A stretch of 64,000 bases of DNA from a virus: positions 33,523 to 97,522 of the IMG/VR virus record IMGVR_UViG_3300048597_000133. One strand, given 5' to 3'. Both the position numbers and the translations under genes were made by a program. Below the pieces are notes generated by a model that searched no databases, was not told the origin of the DNA, and saw only the letters and a list, made by a program, of their open reading frames with translations. Positions 43,468 to 53,461 of the stretch are shown here, in pieces; the stretch's first letter is position 1, and the number at the start of each line of letters is the position of its first letter.

Positions 43468-43677
43468 CTAAGTGATAATTTCGTCTTCAGTTATACGACT
43501 ATAGCGTCCGTCAAAGAACTCTTTGTACGGGCATAACCAAACCTTGCCGTCCACCATCGACTTATAAACAACATAAGGCTCTTGATTGTCTTCTAATAGA
43601 GCCCATTCGACTAACACTATACACTCTTCGTTAGTCCTTATATGTCGATATAAGTTGTGTGTGATTGGAGTGTTCAT
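43468..43677 (-). CDS. DUF1653-like protein
   Basis: YRH...E..VVY...DGKVW..P..EF..GR. Confidence 0.7.
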   Translation of the reverse strand: MNTPITHNLYRHIRTNEECIVLVEWALLEDNQEPYVVYKSMVDGKVWLCPYKEFFDGRYSRITEDEIIT

Positions 43678-43969
43678 TGACTAGATAAGGCTGCAGCCAC
43701 GTTTCTAATACTTCTAAGTGAGCGTCGGTCAAGTCAAACCATTCACCGTTAAATCTTAGCCGACGCTGCCAAAACATCTTATGGATTTGTTGCTCTAGCT
43801 TGCGGGCGATTTTATCTGGTACTGAGTAGGACTTGACTAAGACCAGTTTACCGGCGGCACCGGTTTGTAATTGTCTTAGACGCCGCCGAGGGTCCTTGCT
43901 AACCCCTACCTTATATTTAGATTTGTTTTGGATAACGTAGAGGTACATGGGGAGGGGCGGGTTTAGCAA
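43631..43969 (-). CDS. GIY-YIG (T5orf172/MUG113-like) nuclease
   Basis: YLYVI...YKVGVS.DP.RRL.QLQTG...LE..IH...GEWF. Confidence 0.85.
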   Translation of the reverse strand: MLNPPLPMYLYVIQNKSKYKVGVSKDPRRRLRQLQTGAAGKLVLVKSYSVPDKIARKLEQQIHKMFWQRRLRFNGEWFDLTDAHLEVLETWLQPYLVNEHSNHTQLISTYKD

Positions 43970-44805
43970 GAGCCTACTTGCTCTACTACGACTGGCACTA
44001 CGTTATTCATAGCTTCTGCTTTATCAGCAAATAACATACTGACGTAATGAGACATAGTAGCCGGGCTATAGGGTAAACGGATAGCGTTGCCGGAGGCGCT
44101 GGCGCAATTAGTGTTAAAGGAAACCACTGCCGTTTCAGCCCGGTCCCTTACGAAAACTTCTTCACTGAGCTTAGAAAGTTGAGTCAGTTGAGATACTGAC
44201 CAACTACTATTAGTTTGAGTGACGATGTGTTCAGGTTGGACTAGGACTTCAAAGACAGAGCCGGCGTCAGGACAAGTATTCATAACCCAGTTGAATTCTC
44301 CGACGGTTTGGTTACGTTCACCGCTGATTACATTGCCTGAAGTAAACGTAGAGCTATTAGACCAGTTAGTCGTAATATCCTGGCTAATCCAACTAGCTCG
44401 CTGGTATAGAACTACATCTCCATCTAAAGTAAGCGGTGCATCTACAGTACCTACCCGGGCGATGAATTGAATATTACGTTCTTCACTAAAGAAGGAATCA
44501 GACAGACGACTGACAAACTTTTCAAATGGGGCGGTAGGCATACCGCTGTTAGTCAGGGAATCTAATCGTTCTTTAATACCAAAAATGTCTTTACCTGCTT
44601 TGACTGAATTTAGGTAGTAATTTTTAGGATTAAAGTGTTGTTCTAGTACTTCGATGTTGCCGCTGGTTACTAAGGAATCTCGGAGGATGTCATAGGTTAG
44701 CCGTTGAGTTTGTCGGTTTACAAAGCGAACGGACCGGTCTGATGGACGGTAGAAAGAGATGGCGTCGTCGGTGACTAAATACTTGATTGGTGTTTGAGTT
44801 GCCAT
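43963..44805 (-). CDS. rIIB-like protein
   Basis: PFEKFVSRL and PLTLDGDVVLY resemble the RIIB core; EVLVQPEHIV. Confidence 0.5.
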   Translation of the reverse strand: MATQTPIKYLVTDDAISFYRPSDRSVRFVNRQTQRLTYDILRDSLVTSGNIEVLEQHFNPKNYYLNSVKAGKDIFGIKERLDSLTNSGMPTAPFEKFVSRLSDSFFSEERNIQFIARVGTVDAPLTLDGDVVLYQRASWISQDITTNWSNSSTFTSGNVISGERNQTVGEFNWVMNTCPDAGSVFEVLVQPEHIVTQTNSSWSVSQLTQLSKLSEEVFVRDRAETAVVSFNTNCASASGNAIRLPYSPATMSHYVSMLFADKAEAMNNVVPVVVEQVGSC

Positions 44806-44855
44806 AGTTAATGGTAAATGTGGGTAGAATGGGCTGCAGCTAATTACCTTTTTAG

Positions 44856-45530
44856 CTAGCTGGGTGCGTGCTTCTTCCTGAGCTTATAGATAAAACTATC
44901 AGAAACGCCCCATAATGCCATTAGTTCCTTAGTAGAGTGGGTAAATAAGAGCTCTGGGTCGTAGCTTATTTTGTAGCCTGGGATTTGCAGTTTAGTCCTA
45001 CGCTTATAGACCACGTGCAGCCTGACGTTTAATTGTTTAGCCAGTTGAGGGTCGGGCATAGTACCTAGTAAAGAGTCCAACTCAGGAGTCCAGTTAAGAG
45101 TCGGATTCCACCTTGTGCATTTAACAAAAGGCGGGATGCCAAGTTCTCGACGCCGACGCGTAACCATACTTTTAATCAACCCAAGTTTGTCGGCTACTTG
45201 TTGGTCAGACATAGTACCTAAGAGAGCCACCTGGTCTTTAGTGAGCGTGACTTTCCGCTTGTACGACCTTTTTGCTTCTCCTATACCGAGCTCCTTACGA
45301 GCTTTTTTAAGGTAGTACTCGGAGATGTTATAGGTTTTAGACAAAGTGGAGTCTGGTATTTTACCCAAAGAGTCGAGACATTCTTTAGGTATATCCTTGA
45401 CCTTACAGTAAGGTGGGATGCCATATTGAGCTCGAAGTCGAAATACTGTGGCTTGTGAAATGTTGTAGTCTTTAGCTAACTGGCGGTCTGACTTAGTACC
45501 CAGTAATTCTTTAGGCGGGAGTCTCATCAT
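44856..45530 (-). CDS. tandem HTH-repeat protein
   Basis: Four repeats of LG[TK].[SP]D..[LV].......V...R...GI plus a degenerate fifth. Confidence 0.75.
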   Translation of the reverse strand: MMRLPPKELLGTKSDRQLAKDYNISQATVFRLRAQYGIPPYCKVKDIPKECLDSLGKIPDSTLSKTYNISEYYLKKARKELGIGEAKRSYKRKVTLTKDQVALLGTMSDQQVADKLGLIKSMVTRRRRELGIPPFVKCTRWNPTLNWTPELDSLLGTMPDPQLAKQLNVRLHVVYKRRTKLQIPGYKISYDPELLFTHSTKELMALWGVSDSFIYKLRKKHAPS

Positions 45531-45532
45531 AA

Positions 45533-46129
45533 TTAGCCTGCAGATTCTAAGATGGCACGTTCTGTTTTTAAGTCACGGTTAATGGCTCGACTAGCCTCAA
45601 ACTTATCTGGGAAGCGTGCGTTTAGCTTAAGTAGATTCTTGCGGAGAATAGGATTAAGTGTCTTCACGTAGCATTTATTAAAAGCTATGTGCATATACCA
45701 AAGTAGGTCCCCTAATTCTTCTCTCACGTTAACTTCATCTAGAGGAGCGCTGTCGTATAAAGCGGTGTATAGTGCTTCTACAAGCTCTACTGATTCAGTG
45801 GCTATACCAAGGATACAGTGAATGATTTCAGGTGACACGTGGTCCGGCCATTGACCATGAACTGGCGGCTCACTTTTATCTTTAGATTCCCAGTAAGCTG
45901 CATGGAGAATTCGGTTAACTTCGGCGGTGTCTTTACCGTAGAAGAGAGCCTTTTTGACTTTATCTAGGATATTCCCTGCAGAGATAAAATCTGATAGGGC
46001 TTTAATGACTAGGTGATAGTCAAGGTCATCGGCGTAGAATTCATGGGAGAGGGTTACTTGTGCGCCGGCGCAATACTCAGCCCAAGTAAGGTCTTCACCG
46101 GCTTTGCATTTCTCGATAATTGGATTCAT
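45533..46129 (-). CDS. MazG-like NTP pyrophosphohydrolase
   Basis: LGIATESVEL, EELGDLLWY, N..KL..RFP.KF. Confidence 0.85.
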   Translation of the reverse strand: MNPIIEKCKAGEDLTWAEYCAGAQVTLSHEFYADDLDYHLVIKALSDFISAGNILDKVKKALFYGKDTAEVNRILHAAYWESKDKSEPPVHGQWPDHVSPEIIHCILGIATESVELVEALYTALYDSAPLDEVNVREELGDLLWYMHIAFNKCYVKTLNPILRKNLLKLNARFPDKFEASRAINRDLKTERAILESAG

Positions 46130-46596
46130 GAGTGTCCTGCTGGTGGGTAAATAAAGAAGAGTTCGGTGTGTAATCCTACTAGCTTTGGTTTCAAGTTTAG
46201 GTCTTCTAAGACACTAAGCGCCGTCCGAGCTTCGTTAAACTCAAACGTTTTAGCTTTGTTGGAGTCACATAGGACTATTTGTCCGTTTAGCTCTTTAACA
46301 TAGCAGTTACCGACTTTAATCTCAAACCTAGATATTGCTTTAACTATAGATGTGGTACCAGTTATGTTAGCCACGTGTTTAGCAACGTATTGGGCCTCAG
46401 TAAAGTTTGAGAAGGGGCAGTTATAGATATTGTTCTCCAACAGGCACATATTATTTTTGCTGTACGCTTCATAGTCTTCAGGGCTGCTGCCTTTAGGCAA
46501 TAAGGAGACAAAGAAGGTGTTGAGTTTATTTTGGGCCTCTTCTGGGACTGATAGAGGTTCAGTGTTGAGGGAGCGTAGTAGTTGTTCGTCGTTCAT
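46126..46596 (-). CDS. hypothetical protein
   Basis: 156-aa ORF. Confidence 0.6.
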   Translation of the reverse strand: MNDEQLLRSLNTEPLSVPEEAQNKLNTFFVSLLPKGSSPEDYEAYSKNNMCLLENNIYNCPFSNFTEAQYVAKHVANITGTTSIVKAISRFEIKVGNCYVKELNGQIVLCDSNKAKTFEFNEARTALSVLEDLNLKPKLVGLHTELFFIYPPAGHS

Positions 46597-46618
46597 AGAG
46601 GTGTAGCCAGTAGTCTTT

Positions 46619-47290
46619 TTAAGTTATGTACTGAGAGGCAACATCAAATTTCCAATAATGGAAAATTTCTTTACCTAGCTTAGACGGTAACGTCAGCAGA
46701 AAGTTAATGACGGGCGGGATGTTTTTAATATTGAAGCCTTTAGCTTGGAGGGTGCGAACTACAGTTAACCTAATCAGCTTAGCTGTGTCTGATGCACCAC
46801 CACCAAAGCGAGCCCAGGATTTAACGTCAGCCCGTTTAACCTTGCCCGGATACATTTGGTTAAGAGCGTTAGCACAGAGGCTATTTTGCTGGGGCGTGAC
46901 GTAGACCAGGTTTTTCCTGTCATTGTTTTGGCGGTTACTATCTAAATGATGTACCTCCATCTTGCCGCAGACAGCACGGTATTTAGACTTTGGCGAGTCT
47001 TTAAAGCGTAGGATATACATTCCAGCGTGTAGATACAAAACTATCTGATGTACGCCAGCTAGATAACCATGGTTAGTGGGGTGAAAGACGAAGAAGCCCA
47101 CGTCCTCTAAGATTTGCTTTAGTTCAACATTGTCTTCAAAATCAACTACTATGTAGCCATTTTTGTTAGTGAATGTTTCAGCTTGTTCTAAAAGAGAAAG
47201 AGCCCCGACAGCTAACTGACGGAGCTCTTTTCTACGTAACTTGTAGAAGTCTGGTCTCATAGATATTATTGTCGTGTAGTGTGTACACAT
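46619..47290 (-). CDS. HNH endonuclease
   Basis: NGY...VHQIV...EVHHLDSNRQNNDRKNL.....QN. Confidence 0.85.
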   Translation of the reverse strand: MCTHYTTIISMRPDFYKLRRKELRQLAVGALSLLEQAETFTNKNGYIVVDFEDNVELKQILEDVGFFVFHPTNHGYLAGVHQIVLYLHAGMYILRFKDSPKSKYRAVCGKMEVHHLDSNRQNNDRKNLVYVTPQQNSLCANALNQMYPGKVKRADVKSWARFGGGASDTAKLIRLTVVRTLQAKGFNIKNIPPVINFLLTLPSKLGKEIFHYWKFDVASQYIT

Positions 47291-47630
47291 AAAGTTAATC
47301 TAGACAGCGTGTCTCTAGTGTTCACCTGCTCTCTGTCTGTAAAATTAACTTTATGTCTAGTGTCAGTGCGTGTGAGCTAAAGAGGCTCACCTACCGACTA
47401 TCCTCTCTAGAGGCCCTGGAGTTCCTGATATTGGCTCCTTATTGGAGTCGTTAAGCTAAGGATTTATCGCTTTACCTCAGCGCAGGCCAGGGTCAGGAGC
47501 ACTTATATATCCCCCGTTAAATCCTTCCACTCGATGGCGACAAGTTTCTGGTGGGATGACACCTCTGTTCAGTCAGAGAACCTACTACGAGGCTGGTGCC
47601 TTGTTTTGCATGGAATATATAAATTTTAGC
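47287..47630. ncRNA. candidate structured non-coding element upstream of the HNH gene
   Basis: ORF-free region with several complementary segments (see findings). Confidence 0.4.
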
Positions 47631-47693
47631 TTAAAGAAAATCAGGATGTCTACCTTAAAACTAAGCTATAAGTGTAGTGTTTGAGTTTGAACT

Positions 47694-47888
47694 ATGAAGC
47701 GTTTAGCATTCTTTTACGTGTTGGCTGACGTCCTTATTATCTTGCTGGCTTTGTACATCTATAAGGACGATGTAGAGCATTGGGCTGACTATTTGTTTTG
47801 TTATACCATTGGCATGATGTTGAGTGGCACCTTCTACAACCTAAAGATGCGGCATGTTAAAGGCGAGTTAGAAGCTGCCGACTCTTAG
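47694..47888 (+). CDS. small two-TM membrane protein
   Basis: Two hydrophobic segments; isolated plus-strand ORF. Confidence 0.55.
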   Translation: MKRLAFFYVLADVLIILLALYIYKDDVEHWADYLFCYTIGMMLSGTFYNLKMRHVKGELEAADS

Positions 47889-48007
47889 TTTTAACGGGGG
47901 AGTGATGGGAGTGGGATGTAGAATGCAGTGTCTTCTACTGTGTAGTTGAGCTCACTTCTATCAGACATAGAGTAAAGTTTATTGTCTTGTTCAGCGTTGG
48001 GCTGATT

Positions 48008-50533
48008 TTAAGCATCCAACCACTCAAATAAATAGTCCAAGACTTGAGGTGTGACCTTTACTTCTTTATTATCAAAACAAAGAGAGTAGGCGTTGTCTCC
48101 CCACTCCATCCACGCTGTGTAGATATTTGTGCCCCAATCAAAAGACCAGCCACTTTTCTGTAGAAGGTTAAAGCAGAGCATATAGTGCTCATAGTCTAAC
48201 TTCTCATGGTCAAAGCACTTAGTGTATATCTGCCTTACGGTTTCGACGATGTTTTTATACCAAGTTTCACTGTAGTCGTCGCAATACGTGGTTAGATCAC
48301 ACAGTAGCTCGCCAACAGTCCAGACTTTTAATTTATAAGGAATGTCTTCTTTTTGGTCTTCTTCAGCCTGACAGCACCTAAAGGTCACTATAACCTCTTC
48401 GTATTCTTTGTTTAATGCCTGGAACAGTTCTTGTTTGGTCATTTCATCTTAATGTAGTGTTCAGCTACGAATAAAGCAGTTTTGGTTAAGTTCTGTACGA
48501 CGTAGCCTAAATCTTTATAACTACTAACTGCGTCGCTGTAGTCCACAAAAGGACTCAAGTCGAAACAATGACCACAGTCAAAGCCCACCCATTCTTCGAT
48601 CTCAGGTTCTCCTACCTGTGGTCGGTATACTCCTAAAGTGCTCTCGCGGTAGGTCACGCCTCCGTGAAAGGGGAGCTCTCCTGCAACGGCTCTTGGCAGC
48701 CCTAGATAACCACACCAGAACCCAAGGCTAGAGTGCCGCCACATCACACAGACAATGTTTTCCTGGGGCATAAACCATTGTAGATAGTCTGGTTCATTGG
48801 ACCATATACCCTGTTGATGCTGCTCTTTTACTTTTTGCAAGTGGGAGTCCCACAGAACGTTAGCGACTTTAAACTTTGCTTCGGTTAAGGCGCTGAATTC
48901 TTTTAACTCTTTCATATTTCTAACACCCCTTAGTATTGTAGATAAAACCTTGACTGTGTGCTCTACGGTGTTTTTCAGTTTCTTTAATAGAGTATCGCCT
49001 CGCTGCACTGTAAGAGTTAAATGACTTTGAGTAATATTCATGCCCATTTGGGAGTGTGATTACTGCATGATACTTCCCATCCTCGTAAAAGGCTCTTCTA
49101 AGTTTTTTCATTTGATGTTGAGGTGATTAGATAGATTAATCTCTTCTACAGTCTCATTACCGCAGCAGTGGTCCAAGGCTCTATCTCTACTCTTATAAAG
49201 CTGGGCATCTCTTAAGTCGTTGGTATAAGATTCTTTAAAACCCGCTTTAGTGACCCACCCTCCAGGAGGATGAACACGACGAATAGCATAATAAATCATT
49301 CCTTGTTATGTTTCCTAATTAACGTTTTCTAGGCAAGCCTGCACCCTTCTTTGGTATTCTTCTTCGACTAGCTGCTTAACCTCTTCTAGGTTGTAGCCAT
49401 CTACCCAGTGGTCGTTCACCAAGTACTCGCAATGCCATGCAGCTATATCGAGGTTGTACTTTGGATTGTCTTCATTACCTTTCCACGAGATACGGAACGC
49501 CCCAAAAGGGCTTTCAGCGATCACGTAGCTATAGGACCCTTTGCTGCCTCTCTTTCTGGGCTCAGACCATTCTAAGGGTCTAACATTAGGCTTAGGGGGA
49601 ATTACAGTGTTCTGATAGCCATCAAGAGTGTCAGAGTACCACGTCTGGTTGATGCCGGCGCCTGTAGTGTTAACTATTAAAGATGTTGTGTCTGATAAGT
49701 CCAGTGTGGAGTCTTCTGTTAATAAGACTATTCCTTGCAGCTTATCTGAAGTAAGAGATGTTGGGTCCATTGATGTGTTTTCCATAGTTTAATTCTTAAA
49801 GGCGACGATATCGTGGTCAGTAGGTAGGCGTTTATTGTGATAGACGTGCCCAGAGTCGATACGAGATACAAAACGGGGCCGTACTTTGCCGTGCTCTAAG
49901 TTGATGATTAAGTAGTCCATACCGGCACGTTTAGCTTTGTTGACCAACTCACAAAAGTGGGAGCCAAAACCAGCCTCTCTCATAATGAGATAGACATCAT
50001 AGTCTAATGCCCGGTCATCGTCTAGTTCGGCAAAGACCCGCCCCAAAGTAATTCGAACTGATTCATTCTCGGTGAACCAGTCGAAGTCTATGTAGGCTTC
50101 ACTACTGAGACTGCAGTGTTCTACTGTTAATTCTTTGCAGAGTAGGTCCCAATCCTCTTCAGGAATGTGTAGCCAGGATACTATACCTACCGGCAGGCTT
50201 TCTATTTTTGTCAATTTACAATCCATTTGGGTAATCTCCCATAAACCAACAAAGACATTTCTCTTTCCTTGAGTCAGCTCGATATTCAGCAATAGCTGGC
50301 GCTACTAACTCTGCATAGAAGTGTGGACTTGGAGTAAACCATATAGTTTTATCTTCTTTCTTCATGTTTGTAACTATATCCCCAGTCTTTATCAGCTTTG
50401 ATACTTCTCCCCAATGTGCTAATCCCCATAACTTTATAGACTTCCAATCTTGTCCGTCGTGGAACTCAACATATCGACGCGCTAATTCTCTTGCTGTAAC
50501 ACACTTAAGTCTAGAATGTTTAACCATAATCAA
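48008..50533 (-). CDS. cluster of hypothetical proteins (48008, 48439, 48920, 49108, 49315, 49789, 50216)
   Basis: Co-oriented ORFs; 48439 has WCGY...HGGVTY...WVGFDCGH, a conserved phage motif. Confidence 0.6.
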
Positions 50534-50713
50534 ATGCGGCGGTCAAGTTCGTCTTCTAGCATCTGTTCGAACATAGTATCCTGCACTCCTTTAGCTTGCA
50601 ATCTCCTATAACTGCGATATAAGTCTCTAAGTTCTCGCATCGGTAGAGCTTTTATATCTTTGCGTACCTCATTAAAAGTACGTCCACGAAATTTAATCAT
50701 GAAAATGCCTCTT

Positions 50714-51598
50714 TTAATCAGCTAAAACGTCACTAAAATCAAAAGTCTCAAACTCATCAACCATCTCTACTAGTTCAGCGTTATATTTATCCCAAATCTG
50801 CGATGCAGTAATCTGTACGTCATATCCGTCTTTCATCAAAGACCTAACCAGCCACTTCAGTCCATTAAATGTAAATCTAGTTGATTGAGTTGTACGCGTA
50901 TTACCGTAGTTATCGTTCCAAGTAGTGGTAACTACGATAGCCCATTCTGCTTCAATAGCTCTACGGTAAGGGACCGGTGCGCCCTGAACTAAAAAGTTCT
51001 TTTCCCGTAGGTACTTGATAAGATTGTTACGCCCCAATTTCTTAATGTTGAGGGCATCCGCTACCTGCTTTAAGGTAAGACAAGAGTCATCGCTAGTTAT
51101 AGCGCGGTATGTAGTAAGAGTTTCTTCCGCTTCAACTAGCTTGTTGGAGTAGAAGTCTGTTTGGGCTTCTAGGATTCTATTTTTGGCCGCCAGTTGTAGT
51201 TTTTCTTCTTCGGCGGCTACTAAGGACTTAAGAGCCGATAGATAGTCTTGTGGTAATGAGAGAGATACAGAACCAGTAGTTAATAGTTCCTCTACCCAAG
51301 TATCTACTTGAACAGCGAATTGTGGGGAGCACCATTGAGCGAAACGCAAACACACCCGACGATGAGCCCAAGTACCCTGTTCTTCAGGTACGCCACCTTG
51401 TTTAACTTGAATAATTTCCGTTGCGGGGATGCCCGTAACGCTCTCTAGCTCTGCGATATACTCTATAACAGACGTTTGACGTAGCCAATCATTGACTCTT
51501 TTGCCTGTAGCTTTAGCCATATCGGTGAGACTACCATATTGGTCATCTTGTCGAAAACGAATAGTTTTGTCATTCCAAGTTTTGATGATGTTATCCAT
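50714..51598 (-). CDS. KilA-N domain plus KilAC/ANT antirepressor-like protein
   Basis: LTDMAKA.GK...DW, QGTWAH...FAQWCSP.F, LPQDY..AL, GRN.L..YLRE. Confidence 0.9.
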   Translation of the reverse strand: MDNIIKTWNDKTIRFRQDDQYGSLTDMAKATGKRVNDWLRQTSVIEYIAELESVTGIPATEIIQVKQGGVPEEQGTWAHRRVCLRFAQWCSPQFAVQVDTWVEELLTTGSVSLSLPQDYLSALKSLVAAEEEKLQLAAKNRILEAQTDFYSNKLVEAEETLTTYRAITSDDSCLTLKQVADALNIKKLGRNNLIKYLREKNFLVQGAPVPYRRAIEAEWAIVVTTTWNDNYGNTRTTQSTRFTFNGLKWLVRSLMKDGYDVQITASQIWDKYNAELVEMVDEFETFDFSDVLAD

Positions 51599-51621
51599 AA
51601 TTATCCGTTTGTGTGTTCAAT

Positions 51622-51652
51622 AAAAACGCCCACTGTAGAAACAGTAGGCGTT
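51622..51652. terminator. terminator hairpin, near-copy of the hairpin at 43112-43137
   Basis: ACGCCCACTGTAG-AAACAGTAGGCGT versus AGCCCACCGTAG-ACAGTAGGCT. Confidence 0.6.
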
Positions 51653-51677
51653 CAATAATAGAGGTAGTGTGACGCGT

Positions 51678-52037
51678 TTATAGCTTGGTAACCCTTACCG
51701 ACACACGACCTTGTCGCAATGGTGCAATACGTTGGAATGCTGCTCGGCTAAGGTCGATACTACAATTCCCGCAACGGTCTGTAATGGTGACCACCACAGA
51801 CTTACCATTAGCTGGATTAGTTACCCTTACCCTGGTACCCAATCGATAATGATTAGAAGCAGCAGTCATAGCATTGGGGTTATAAGGACGTCCATTAGCT
51901 TTAGTGCGCCCCGCTAAACTGGGGTGGTAATAAGTCGCACTGGCACGACGCCCAGCCTCCGCTGGTAACATAGGGCATAGTATAGCCATAAGACTTACTA
52001 AGACGGTGGCTTGGGCAAATTGTTTAATCGTTGACAT
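51678..52037 (-). CDS. RlpA-like double-psi beta-barrel protein
   Basis: Signal peptide, ATYY, ANG..YNPN.MTAA, GT.VRVTN..NGKSVVV.ITDR, IDLS.AAF. Confidence 0.9.
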   Translation of the reverse strand: MSTIKQFAQATVLVSLMAILCPMLPAEAGRRASATYYHPSLAGRTKANGRPYNPNAMTAASNHYRLGTRVRVTNPANGKSVVVTITDRCGNCSIDLSRAAFQRIAPLRQGRVSVRVTKL

Positions 52038-52067
52038 TAATCACTATTGAATTCGACATTGGTGCCG

Positions 52068-53432
52068 CTACTTCATTCGTTGAGCAACGGCGCGGGCTAG
52101 CTCAGACCTCACTGAATCTAATAAGGTTAGATGGGCAAAGCCTGAGTAGCCGCGCATACGTTCGGTGGTGACAGCCAGACCATTACTGAATTCATCCATG
52201 AACTTGGCAGCTTCCTGATCTATCTGCTCCACGTCACCTAATAAAATTAGCTTAGAACCCTCCCCGATTCGAGTTGCTATTGTTTTTGCCTCCGCCGGCG
52301 GCACATTCTGCATCTCATCTAGTACAATTATACTGTTGCGCCAAGTTACTCCTCTAATATAGGTAAGGCTAACAGCTTCCACTGGTCCATCGGGGTTAGT
52401 ATCGGACTTAAGGTAGATATCATAAGGGTTTAAGCCTACCATGCGGTTCTTCTGATTCTTATCAGTCTTAGCTAACTGGTTAAGACATCCGTACAAACCA
52501 GCTAACCAAGGGTCAGTCTTTTCCTTGATATTACCTGGGAGCCAGGGCGGTTTATCGCCAACCCCTACCTCCTTACGACCAATGATAATGGTCTCGTATA
52601 ACCCTAAGTTCTGACATTGATGAAGAGCTGCGGCTAAAGCCAATAAAGTCTTACCAGACCCCGCTTGACCAACCAAGGACATCATAGTGACTTTAGGGTC
52701 TAATAAGAGTTCTAAGGCATATTTCTGCTCAGAATTTAACGGTTGAATGCCTGTGACTTTCAGACCGTTATGGGTACTGATAACAGATAAGCGGTTTTTA
52801 GACTCGTCATAACGAGTAAGAGCTTGACGCCCAGTAGACCCCATTAAGGTTACACATTCGTTATGTGTTAGCCCTTTTAGTTGTTTTAAGGTTAAGTCAC
52901 CTAATGAGTCTACGAGAATAGACTTGTTAGGGTCAGACCATAACTCCATAAGTTCGTCATCAGACTCACAGCATACAGCGCGGTGGCCTGTGTAAATGGC
53001 TTCTACCCGTTCATTACGGTAGTCCTCAGCGAGTATCCCTCTAGTGCGGGCCGCTACTCTTAGCCCCAGGTCTTTGCTAACTACAATAGCGCCGGGGCAT
53101 TGTTGACTATACTCTATTAACTTGACGTCACCGTAACCATCTAAGGCACTTAAACCAGCTCCGGCACCTAAGACAAGACAACCGCCGTCATCATGCAGCG
53201 GAATGTTAGGTAAAGAGTCAAAGTATTGAAGGCTTAGTTTGTCTAGATGTCTGGTGACCTGGCGGCTATTTTTGCCAATTATGCCCGGGCTATTTTTCTT
53301 TTTATCTAGCTCATATAGGACAATCTCTGGGATGTGTACCTCATTGTCCTTGAACTTAAACAAAGCCTCGGGGTCATGGAGCAACACCGAGGTATCTAAG
53401 ATGTATCGCTTTTTCTTAGTCGAGCTCATCAC
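52068..53432 (-). CDS. phoH: PhoH2-type protein (PIN plus PhoH ATPase)
   Basis: YILDTSVLLHDP...ELD (PIN); GQAGSGKT, LPG...EK, YIRG, LDEMQN, TRIGEGSK..LLGD..QID. Confidence 0.92.
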   Translation of the reverse strand: MMSSTKKKRYILDTSVLLHDPEALFKFKDNEVHIPEIVLYELDKKKNSPGIIGKNSRQVTRHLDKLSLQYFDSLPNIPLHDDGGCLVLGAGAGLSALDGYGDVKLIEYSQQCPGAIVVSKDLGLRVAARTRGILAEDYRNERVEAIYTGHRAVCCESDDELMELWSDPNKSILVDSLGDLTLKQLKGLTHNECVTLMGSTGRQALTRYDESKNRLSVISTHNGLKVTGIQPLNSEQKYALELLLDPKVTMMSLVGQAGSGKTLLALAAALHQCQNLGLYETIIIGRKEVGVGDKPPWLPGNIKEKTDPWLAGLYGCLNQLAKTDKNQKNRMVGLNPYDIYLKSDTNPDGPVEAVSLTYIRGVTWRNSIIVLDEMQNVPPAEAKTIATRIGEGSKLILLGDVEQIDQEAAKFMDEFSNGLAVTTERMRGYSGFAHLTLLDSVRSELARAVAQRMK

Positions 53433-53461
53433 AGGGGCATTGTAAAATAAGGAACCTATAG

